Below, one piece after another: positions 47,761 through 55,975 of a stretch of DNA of 64,000 bases (the stretch's first letter is position 1; each line of letters begins with the position of its first letter). Origin of the DNA: Spirochaetota bacterium (GTDB lineage Bacteria > Spirochaetota > Brachyspiria > Brachyspirales > JACRPF01); assembly GCA_016214035.1 (NCBI GenBank), contig JACRPF010000011.1, positions 129,430 through 193,429 on the forward strand, read 5' to 3'. The translations under genes and the position numbers were made by a program. Below the pieces are notes generated by a model. It searched no databases. It had not been told where the DNA came from and worked only from the letters and a program-made list of their open reading frames with translations.

Positions 47761-49040
47761 CGCATCAGGCGGAACACGAGTCCGCTCGGCAGTTTCGGGA
47801 CAAAGTACGTCGATTTCTGCGGCATGAATCCGCTGCTGTCGGCTACCGTGAGCACGCTGTCAAGCGGTGTGGGGTTAAGAAGGAATGCCGCCTGAGCTTC
47901 ACCGTGCTCAACCGCCGCGAACGCCTTGTCGTCATCGCGTGTGTAGGTGAGGTTTGTCTGTTCTTCGAGGCGGGTGCGGTCGATGCCGAGGAGACGGTCA
48001 AGGATAAGCACGTGCAGCACGCTCACGTCAAGTATACGCACCGCGGGGAGCGTATCGGGAATTTCCTTCGCAAGATCGACACCGCTTTTCAGGGTGATGA
48101 GGAGCACATTGTTCCCGCCGGTGAAAAGGCCGAACGCGTGCGGTTTACCCGCCATGCGTTCAAAGACTCCGTCGCGGGCGACCGTATGAACGTCAAAAAG
48201 CTTTTTCAGCGCTTCGGGCAGTGCGTTCATTTTTTCGGCGGCAATACCGTTCACCAGCCGATGTGTGGGGTATATGGAGAGCGCATCGTCATCGGCGTCG
48301 GTGAGATATACCATGGCGAAGTCCTGTTTTCCGCCAATCGGAGCTCCTTGTTCGCGCATGGTATCGCGATAGCGTACCGATGTCTCATACCGGTGATGTC
48401 CATCCGCGATGTATACCTGTTTATCGACGAATGCCCGTGCGAGTGACGGAAGCTGTGACGCGGGGGTTTTCCAGAACGTGTTTGTCACGCTGAACGAATC
48501 CGTGAACGTGAACAGCGGAGCAGCGCCTTGTACAGCGCCGTTGAGCATATCGACTATCGAGCGTTCATTGTCGCGGTACAGGAGGAATATCTGCGAAAGG
48601 TTCGCCTGTGTCGCACTCATAAGATTGAATCGGTCCGCTTTCGGTTTGGCGAGCGTTTTTTCATGCGGGAACACGATGCCTTCGCCGAAACGCGAAAGCT
48701 CAAGTTCACCGATGAAACCCATCGTGGAACGTTCACGTCCGAAACGGTCGCGGTATTCCTGTTTGAGCAGATAGTAACACGGTGTGTCATCGGACACAAG
48801 CGCACCGGATGAAAGCCATGCGTCAAGGTATCCGCGCGCACGGCTGTATTTATCGCTGCCGGGAGCATCACCGGGCTGTTCTTTGCCGAGTATGAGCCTG
48901 ACGACATTGTTCTCGTGCCGCGCTATGAAGGCGTCGCGTTCTGACGGGGAGATGACGTCGTAGGGAGGCGCGGTTACGTCGTCGGGTGATAGGCGCGGTG
49001 TGTCGTAACGAACACCGCAAAAGCCGCGGATTACTGCCAT
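47757..49040 (-). CDS. DUF1015 (COG4198) family protein
   Basis: N-terminal IRGFCGVRYD and DVTAPPYDVIS signature. VYIADGHHRYETS. Confidence 0.75.
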   Translation of the reverse strand: MAVIRGFCGVRYDTPRLSPDDVTAPPYDVISPSERDAFIARHENNVVRLILGKEQPGDAPGSDKYSRARGYLDAWLSSGALVSDDTPCYYLLKQEYRDRFGRERSTMGFIGELELSRFGEGIVFPHEKTLAKPKADRFNLMSATQANLSQIFLLYRDNERSIVDMLNGAVQGAAPLFTFTDSFSVTNTFWKTPASQLPSLARAFVDKQVYIADGHHRYETSVRYRDTMREQGAPIGGKQDFAMVYLTDADDDALSIYPTHRLVNGIAAEKMNALPEALKKLFDVHTVARDGVFERMAGKPHAFGLFTGGNNVLLITLKSGVDLAKEIPDTLPAVRILDVSVLHVLILDRLLGIDRTRLEEQTNLTYTRDDDKAFAAVEHGEAQAAFLLNPTPLDSVLTVADSSGFMPQKSTYFVPKLPSGLVFRLMR

Positions 49041-49085
49041 AACAAGAGTGCTCCTTCGTGATGCGACGGGGACGTACGTGACTGA

Positions 49086-49874
49086 CTAGAATCCTATCAG
49101 GTCGCGCCGGTCGTCGGTGCCGTCATAATAACGGGATTGGAGCTTTTTGTAAATGGTGTACATCTCATAATTATCGATGTAGGAAATGGTATAATTGATG
49201 ATGTTTCCGTAATATTCCTGATGGAATGATGTTATCATGGAATTGTTCGATTCCCGATAGTATTCCTTGTAATACTTGGCGGCATATTGATCGAAGCTGC
49301 GGAATAAACCGTCCAAAAATCCGCCGTATTTCTGCTGCATGCGTGTTCTTGTTTCTTCGAAAATGAATCGCGGAACGAGATATCCGGGGTGTATATCCTT
49401 TTTCTCCGTATTGCGGTTGAGATAGCGGGCGATCTGCTGCTCGCTCTCATAGCGCAGCGATACGGCGAACAGCTTGTCCTGATGAAAATAAAATCGATAT
49501 ACCCATGAGTTCGACGATGAAAGTGCGGTACCTTTGAATGTGAGGCATTTGAATTCTTTCGATCCCGGCAGTGTCAGATAACGTATGGTCGGATCGACCT
49601 TAATGAGTTTTTCCAATTGTGTTGAAAAACTGAACTGTGTCCAGCGGTGGATGATATGATTATTCCATGTAAGTGTGGGATCGGGATATGCATTTTCATA
49701 TATCTCGACATTTTCCGCAACGGCTTTTGCGGTGACGAAGTTGGTCGCCATGAGACGATCGTTCACTTCATCGGGATTGAGCCCCCAGTATACATTGAGA
49801 AAACCGTTGTAGATTGGTTCGTATGCAAACATGCTGCCGCACATCGCAAGAACGAACAGTACGATCTTTTTCAT
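49086..49874 (-). CDS. secreted Tyr-rich hypothetical protein, paralog 1
   Basis: ORF trimmed to ATG 49874 (AGGAG upstream). MKKIVLFVLAMCGSMFA signal. Colinear with the 50055-50840 product. Confidence 0.7.
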   Translation of the reverse strand: MKKIVLFVLAMCGSMFAYEPIYNGFLNVYWGLNPDEVNDRLMATNFVTAKAVAENVEIYENAYPDPTLTWNNHIIHRWTQFSFSTQLEKLIKVDPTIRYLTLPGSKEFKCLTFKGTALSSSNSWVYRFYFHQDKLFAVSLRYESEQQIARYLNRNTEKKDIHPGYLVPRFIFEETRTRMQQKYGGFLDGLFRSFDQYAAKYYKEYYRESNNSMITSFHQEYYGNIINYTISYIDNYEMYTIYKKLQSRYYDGTDDRRDLIGF

Positions 49875-50054
49875 AGAGGGAAATCTCCTTGGTGCGCTGA
49901 TACGAGCATACGACAGACGATCAAGGCGCATGTGTACGCATACAGATATATGTATCGGCATATGATAAAAAACAATGAGGAAAATATACGGATGCACCAA
50001 CAGCTAAAAAAAATCAATCCGCTGTGGGAGCGTGTGTATGACGGGCTGAAACGG

Positions 50055-50840
50055 TCAGAACTTCAGGATATCCTGCTGATCGGCCGTGCCTTCATAATAA
50101 CGCGACTGTATCCTCTGGTAGATACGATAGAGTTCATGGTTATCGACATATGAGACGGTGAAGTTCAAAAAGTTACCATACTCCTCCATGTTGTACATGG
50201 AAAGCGCTGTGTCGTTTGCCTGCCGGTAGTATTCACCGTAATATTGGCCGGAGAAAGCGTCGTAACTTCGGAAAAAAGCGTCCCCGAATCCGCCATAACG
50301 GTGGAGAATGCTTTCTCTGTTCTCATTGAAAAGAAATATCGGGATACGATATCCCGGATGGGTGCTTTTTTTATCAGGGTTGCGGTCGTGATATGCTTTT
50401 ACCTGATCGGGGTTTTCATAGCGCAGTGATACCGCGAACAGCCGGTTATTATAGAAATAAAAGCGATATACCCAGGAATTCGGTGTTTGAAGCATGTCGC
50501 CTTTCAACGTTATGCGCTTGAACGTATTGATATCAACTTGCGTGAGGTAACGAATGCCGGGGTCGGCTTTGACCAGCGCTTCCAGATTCGTTGAGAAGCT
50601 GAAATGCGTCCAACGGCTGAGCATCCTGTTCTTCCAGGCGATTTCAGGGTCGGGATAACTGTTTTCATATATTTCGACGCGTTCCGCGTTTACTTTGGCT
50701 TTAATAAAATTCGTCGCCAAGAGCCGCTCGTTCACTTCATCGGGATTCAAGCCCCAGTATAGATTTAAAAACCCGTTATATATACTGTCGTAGGAAAAAA
50801 GTGCCGCGGTCAACGTAAGAAAAGCAATAACTTTTTTCAT
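50055..50840 (-). CDS. secreted Tyr-rich hypothetical protein, paralog 2
   Basis: MKKVIAFLTLTAALFS signal, AAGGAG upstream. Shares IYNGFLNxYWGLNPDEVN, VEIYENxYPDP, NSWVYRFYF, LFAVSLRYE and a C-terminal Phe with paralog 1. Confidence 0.75.
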   Translation of the reverse strand: MKKVIAFLTLTAALFSYDSIYNGFLNLYWGLNPDEVNERLLATNFIKAKVNAERVEIYENSYPDPEIAWKNRMLSRWTHFSFSTNLEALVKADPGIRYLTQVDINTFKRITLKGDMLQTPNSWVYRFYFYNNRLFAVSLRYENPDQVKAYHDRNPDKKSTHPGYRIPIFLFNENRESILHRYGGFGDAFFRSYDAFSGQYYGEYYRQANDTALSMYNMEEYGNFLNFTVSYVDNHELYRIYQRIQSRYYEGTADQQDILKF

Positions 50841-50947
50841 GGCGTTATCTCCTTATAACATGTACCGCTGGGAAGTGTATCATATGTCGCCATTATTCGC
50901 AATGTCACGCACGATACTCGGTACTTGTAACCGGCACGGCTGCTTGC

Positions 50948-50975
50948 TTGCATTTTTCTCATCAGCCGATAATAT
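50948..50975 (+). promoter_or_regulatory. sigma70-type promoter for dapB operon
   Basis: TTGCAT (50948-50953), 16-nt spacer, TAATAT (50970-50975). AGGAG at 50991-50995, ATG at 51003. Confidence 0.5.
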
Positions 50976-51002
50976 GACACTACTATTTCCAGGAGCACAA
51001 CG

Positions 51003-51800
51003 ATGATCAATGTCGGTATCTGCGGTGCGCGCGGCCGTATGGGAATGATGAACGTGGAAAGCGTATTGAACGACACGGCGCTTAAGCTTTCCGCCGCGCT
51101 TGAGGTACAGGGGCATCCCGATATCGGCAAGGACATATTCACATTCCTGGGAAAACCGGCGGGCGGCGTAGTCATCACCGACAACCGGGACACATTTCTT
51201 TCGGCATGCGATGTCGTCATCGACTTCACTGCGGCGTCTGCATCACTTGAGCTCATCGCACTGGCGGTACAAAAGCCGGTAGGTTATGTGCTCGGCAGCA
51301 CCGGTTTCACCGATGCCGACCGCACGAAGCTTGCGGACTACGCAAATAAAATACCCATTGTCTACGCGACGAACATGAGCGTGGGCGTGAACGTGCTCTT
51401 CGCGCTCGTCGAACGCGCGGCGCAGCTTCTGGGCGGCTTCGAGGTGGAAATTATCGAAGCGCATCATGATAAAAAGAAAGACTCCCCGTCGGGCACCGCG
51501 CTTTCGCTTGCCGAAGTCGTCGCAAAAGAGTTCGGTCTGTCGCTCAATGAAAAAGGCGTGTACGGCCGTAAGGGCATGGTCGGTGAGCGCACGAAGGACG
51601 AGATAGGCATTCATGCGGTTCGCGCGGGAGACATCGTGGGCGAACACACAGTGATGTTCTGCCGCGACGGCGAACGCGTAGAGCTCACACATAAGGCGCA
51701 TTCACGGAAGAATTTCTCGCTCGGCGCCATGCAGGCGGCGAAGTGGCTCTCCGGCAAAAAGAACGGTCTCTTTTCGATGCGTGACGTGCTCGGCCTGTAA
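51003..51800 (+). CDS. dapB: 4-hydroxy-tetrahydrodipicolinate reductase
   Basis: VGICGARGRMG and EAHHDKKKDSPSGTA. C-terminal GDIVGEHTVMF. Confidence 0.92.
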   Translation: MINVGICGARGRMGMMNVESVLNDTALKLSAALEVQGHPDIGKDIFTFLGKPAGGVVITDNRDTFLSACDVVIDFTAASASLELIALAVQKPVGYVLGSTGFTDADRTKLADYANKIPIVYATNMSVGVNVLFALVERAAQLLGGFEVEIIEAHHDKKKDSPSGTALSLAEVVAKEFGLSLNEKGVYGRKGMVGERTKDEIGIHAVRAGDIVGEHTVMFCRDGERVELTHKAHSRKNFSLGAMQAAKWLSGKKNGLFSMRDVLGL

Positions 51801-53666
51801 TTGTCTGTGCCGAACCGCCGCACCAAAAACGTAATCCTCATCACACCTCCGTTCACCCAGTTGAACGCCCCGTATGCGGCAACGCCGTTCCTTGCGGGCA
51901 CGCTTGTGTCGAAGGGATACAACGTCAGGCAATACGACGCAAGCCTCGAAACGGCTCTTCGTTTTTTTTCGCGTGACGGACTTACACGATTGTTCTCGGC
52001 GATAGATGATGCGGATTTGAAACTCACGCGTCCCGTAAAGCGGATGTGCGCTGAGCGCGATCAGTATATCGGCACCATCGACACGGTCATCGCGTTCCTT
52101 CAGGGTAAAAATCCCATCCTCGCACAGCGGATAATCACACGCGACTTCCTGCCCGAAGGACCGCGATTTAATCGCCTTAATGGACACGATGCGCATGACT
52201 ACCGCATCACTGAAACGGCGGAACATTACGCGGCATTGTACATCGACGATATTCACGATCTTGCGCGTGCAACCGTCATACCCGGCTTCGGACTCGGCAG
52301 ATATCAGGAGCACATCGCCGGCAATTCCGCCCCGTTCGATGCCGTCGCCCGCGAATTGGCTGCTCCCGCCGATATCATCACGCGCCTGCTGCATGAAACG
52401 CTTGCCGCCTATGACTTTTCCAACGCATCGCTTGTCGGCATCACGGTGCCGTTTCCCGGCTGCCTCGCCGGGGCATTGCGTACCGCGAAATGGATAAAGC
52501 GTCATCATCCGGAACTGCCGGTGGTGCTCGGCGGCGGATATGTGAACACCGAATTACGCTCGCTCACCGATTCGCGCATCTTCTCATTCGCCGATTACAT
52601 CACGCTCGATGACGGGGATCTCCCGATACTGTCGCTTCTGGAGCATATCACGGGAAAACGGTCGCGGGAAAAACTGCTGCGTACCTATCTGAAAGACCGC
52701 GGCAGTGTGCGGTTCATCAACGCCCCCGCGAAGGATATACACGTCTCGAAACTCGGAACACCATGCTATGACGGACTGCCGCTTGACCGCTACATCACAC
52801 TCGCGGAATCGGAGAACCCGATGTTCCGGCTCTGGTCCACGCGCGGCTATGTGAAGCTCCGGGCGGCTCACGGCTGCTACTGGCGCCGCTGCGCGTTCTG
52901 CGACACATCGCTTGATTACATCGCCCGTTATGAGCCGCTTGCGGGAACGGCGCTTGCGGAACAGGCAACCGCTATTGCGCATCATCACGGCGTCAGGGCG
53001 TTTCATTTCGCCGATGAAGCGATGCCCGCGAATGTTGTCCGGGCATTTTCACGCTCCGTATCCGGTGAAGGCTTATCCTGGTGGGGCAATATCCGTTTTG
53101 ACCGGACGTTCACGCCGGAGCTCTGCCGCGAGATGAAACATGCGGGATGCATTGCCGTGTCGGGCGGTCTCGAGGGCGCGGAAAAGAACCTGCTCGCCGC
53201 GATGAACAAAGGCACAACGCTGTCAGAGATGACGCGTACGCTCAAGAACTTCGCAGATGTGGGGATTATGACGCACGCGTATCTCATCTACGATTTTCCC
53301 GGCGCAACGGTGCAACAGACGATGAACGCGCTTGAGACCGTACGCGGGCTGTTTGCGGACGGCGTTCTCACCAGCGCATACTGGCATCGTTTTTCACTGA
53401 CCGTACACAGCGGTGTTTTTCGGGAACAGCAGAGATATGGCATAACGGCAACGGCCCCGACACACGGATTTGCAAAAAATGATATTTCTTACACGTCAGC
53501 GCATGAATCAGTTGCGTGGATGGGCAGAGGATTGTCAACCGCAGTGTACAATTATATGAACGGAGCGGGGCTTTCTATGGATGTGCACGAATGGTTCACG
53601 CAGCATGTACCGCGGCCGAAACCTCACGGCATCATCAGAAAGACACGCAGCAGGAGTTCACGGTGA
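51801..53666 (+). CDS. B12-binding-domain-like radical SAM protein, function unknown
   Basis: Starts directly after the dapB stop (TTG 51801 or GTG 51807). N-terminal VILITPPF Rossmann-like domain. Cluster motif GCYWRRCAFC (Cx4Cx2C as translated). Radical SAM core follows. Confidence 0.75.
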   Translation: MSVPNRRTKNVILITPPFTQLNAPYAATPFLAGTLVSKGYNVRQYDASLETALRFFSRDGLTRLFSAIDDADLKLTRPVKRMCAERDQYIGTIDTVIAFLQGKNPILAQRIITRDFLPEGPRFNRLNGHDAHDYRITETAEHYAALYIDDIHDLARATVIPGFGLGRYQEHIAGNSAPFDAVARELAAPADIITRLLHETLAAYDFSNASLVGITVPFPGCLAGALRTAKWIKRHHPELPVVLGGGYVNTELRSLTDSRIFSFADYITLDDGDLPILSLLEHITGKRSREKLLRTYLKDRGSVRFINAPAKDIHVSKLGTPCYDGLPLDRYITLAESENPMFRLWSTRGYVKLRAAHGCYWRRCAFCDTSLDYIARYEPLAGTALAEQATAIAHHHGVRAFHFADEAMPANVVRAFSRSVSGEGLSWWGNIRFDRTFTPELCREMKHAGCIAVSGGLEGAEKNLLAAMNKGTTLSEMTRTLKNFADVGIMTHAYLIYDFPGATVQQTMNALETVRGLFADGVLTSAYWHRFSLTVHSGVFREQQRYGITATAPTHGFAKNDISYTSAHESVAWMGRGLSTAVYNYMNGAGLSMDVHEWFTQHVPRPKPHGIIRKTRSRSSR

Positions 53667-54037
53667 CTTCAAAGGAGACCGCGGTCGCGTTCCTGCGGGA
53701 GACCATTGCCGGCAATACCGATGCGGCGTTCGAGGCGTTCATACACCGCGACTTCAAACATCATAATCCTTTTTATAAAAGTTCCGCGCACGATCTGCGC
53801 TCGGGCATGGCTGACAGTTTTCAGAACATCCCCGACAAACAGCTTGAGATAGGATCGGTCACCGCCGAGAACGACATGGCAACCGTGCATGCAAGACTTG
53901 TCATCAACGGCGAGATCACCTTATCCGCCGTGTATATTTTCAGGTTCAAGGATGCCAAGATCATCGAATTGTGGGATATCGTGCAGCAGGTTCCGGAGGA
54001 CAGCGTCAACGAACTCGGCATGTTCTGGCGAAAATAA
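53663..54037 (+). CDS. SnoaL/NTF2-like small protein
   Basis: ORF 53516..54037 trimmed to GTG 53663, which overlaps the radical SAM stop (GTGA). About 124 aa with a cone-fold pattern (FIHRDFKHHNP ... IIELWDIVQ). Confidence 0.6.
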   Translation: MTSKETAVAFLRETIAGNTDAAFEAFIHRDFKHHNPFYKSSAHDLRSGMADSFQNIPDKQLEIGSVTAENDMATVHARLVINGEITLSAVYIFRFKDAKIIELWDIVQQVPEDSVNELGMFWRK

Positions 54038-54045
54038 CGGGACTG

Positions 54046-55959
54046 TCAGCGCGGCAGCGAAAGCATCGTAAACCCCGTTGACGGCAATGCCACGGTATAC
54101 AAGCCGTTCTCCCGCGAAACCGGCCCGACGCTTTTCCATCGCGGGAATACATCCTGATCATTTGTGCCGGTCCAGGTCCACAGTTCGGCATTTCTCGCCG
54201 TTGCGCCATCTACAGTAACCGAGTACAGCAGCGGTATGCCGACCGTGTTCAGCAGAAAAACATTCACGCCGCCGTTCGTCTTTTTCGTTGCGAACACGGG
54301 AATTGACGGAAGTTCCGCGTTTACCCTGAGCATGCGGTCGCCGGCATGTTCGTTCCATATCGCCAGCACCTGCCCCATCGGCAAGAGCCCTCCGTCGGGA
54401 TGGAACGCGTTCTTGCCGCTCTTCGCCGCGTTGTCGGCCGCGCGGTCGGTCCAGAAATGCATGTAGGTGACGCGCCGCTGCAGGAGATTAACGCCCATGC
54501 GGCCGAAATTCTTCACCGATTCGGCGAGATCGTTGCGTATCGGCGAGCCGGGATTATACGAGCTCGTCTCGGTGAGACATATCGGCCACTTCGATTTGAG
54601 CGCATCCGGCACCGCCGCGCGGTCGATGGCATCGTTCACACGGTCGATGGCGTACGTTCCCGTGGGACTGTACGCATGCGCGACGAAAAAGTCGATATGC
54701 CCGGCGACCGCGGGAATGATCTTGTCCAGCCATTCTTTGTTGTCCCTGAAGCCCGCATTCACGCCGACCTTCGCATCGGGATTGCCGCGCTTGATAGCCG
54801 GCGCGATAAGCTTCACCGCTTCAATATATCCCTCTGCCGTCCACGGCACAAGCTTTTTTTCCTTGTAGTCGTTCAAATCCGTCTCATTGCCTATCTCAAA
54901 CCATAACGATGCGCCGCGTTCACGGGCGAACCGCGCCTGTCCCTCGGCGGCGGCGACGATGGCGTTCGTCACGTCGGGGATGATGTAATTCCATTCGCCC
55001 GGTATGGCGTTGAGCGCGTCGATGCCTATCACGTAAAAGAATTCCGCAACGCCCGCCGCTCTGCCCGAATCGATGAACTCGTCGAACTCGAGCGGTTTCA
55101 CCAGCGTGCCGTCGGGTTTGAAGAATTGGTCCATGTAGTTGCGCCGAGGGTGATACGCCGCCGCTCGTATGGCCGGCTTGTCATACGGCGGTACAGACCA
55201 GATAAGGACGTCGGCGATGTTGCCTTCCAGTCCGCGCACGGTCCTGCCGCCGAGCATCGCGAGCGTCTTCACCTGACTGATCTTCCGTTCGGGATAATGA
55301 CGGTCCGAGGTGTTGAACACGTTTTCGGAAACACCGATGGGTCCGGCGGGGATGCCCGTCTTGACCGCTTCATCCGCATGTACGGTCACGGACAGCGCAA
55401 GCGATTTTCCCGTCAAAGGTTCAAGTGAAACGTCGTCGAGATAGCTCGTCCCGGCGATGCCGGTGAACATCGTGCCTTTCGCCCCGGCGAACCATTCGAA
55501 TCTGAGCTGCGTGTTCGTCCCCGAATTGAAAAAGAGACGAATTTCTTTCCACTCGGCGGAGAGCGTCATCGAAGCTGTCGACACCGGCTTCCAATTCATG
55601 CCCGAGATCGCGATGACCGGTTTCAGATGCGCATCGCCCTTCATCCAGGCGCGGACTTCGTATGATGTATCGGGTATAACCCTGACAACCTGATTGAGAT
55701 GGAAATTGTGGCTGCCGTCCGCGCGTTTTTCATATTTTGCACAGCTGCCGCTTCTGCCGCCCGGGGCTGTCGTAAAACCGCCGTCACCGTCTTTGATGAC
55801 ATAGGCTGTCCACACGCCCGGCGTATTGCCGTCTTTTTCCACGGCGAAGTCCGCGGATTCAAAATTCCCGTCTTTGACAAGATTCTCTTCTGCGCCGGCG
55901 CAGAACGCGGTGAGTACCGCGAGCAGGATAATGCATCTGATGTTGTTGCACTTTTTCAT
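54046..55959 (-). CDS. secreted glycoside-hydrolase-like protein: N-terminal CBM4_9-like module plus clan GH-A TIM barrel plus beta-sandwich
   Basis: Signal peptide MKKCNNIRCIILLAVLTAFCAGA. NLVKDGNFE...YLDDVSLEP jelly roll. WFEIGNETD (acid/base NE), FVAHAY, ICLTETS (nucleophile), with the Glu residues about 110 aa apart. Confidence 0.7.
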   Translation of the reverse strand: MKKCNNIRCIILLAVLTAFCAGAEENLVKDGNFESADFAVEKDGNTPGVWTAYVIKDGDGGFTTAPGGRSGSCAKYEKRADGSHNFHLNQVVRVIPDTSYEVRAWMKGDAHLKPVIAISGMNWKPVSTASMTLSAEWKEIRLFFNSGTNTQLRFEWFAGAKGTMFTGIAGTSYLDDVSLEPLTGKSLALSVTVHADEAVKTGIPAGPIGVSENVFNTSDRHYPERKISQVKTLAMLGGRTVRGLEGNIADVLIWSVPPYDKPAIRAAAYHPRRNYMDQFFKPDGTLVKPLEFDEFIDSGRAAGVAEFFYVIGIDALNAIPGEWNYIIPDVTNAIVAAAEGQARFARERGASLWFEIGNETDLNDYKEKKLVPWTAEGYIEAVKLIAPAIKRGNPDAKVGVNAGFRDNKEWLDKIIPAVAGHIDFFVAHAYSPTGTYAIDRVNDAIDRAAVPDALKSKWPICLTETSSYNPGSPIRNDLAESVKNFGRMGVNLLQRRVTYMHFWTDRAADNAAKSGKNAFHPDGGLLPMGQVLAIWNEHAGDRMLRVNAELPSIPVFATKKTNGGVNVFLLNTVGIPLLYSVTVDGATARNAELWTWTGTNDQDVFPRWKSVGPVSRENGLYTVALPSTGFTMLSLPR

Positions 55960-55975
55960 GATGAGCAGCCTTCCT

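Noticed and set aside
47077-48446. Plus-strand ORFs 47077-47736 and 47676-48446
   Set aside because: They are antisense to thrH and DUF1015, both of which have strong family signatures.
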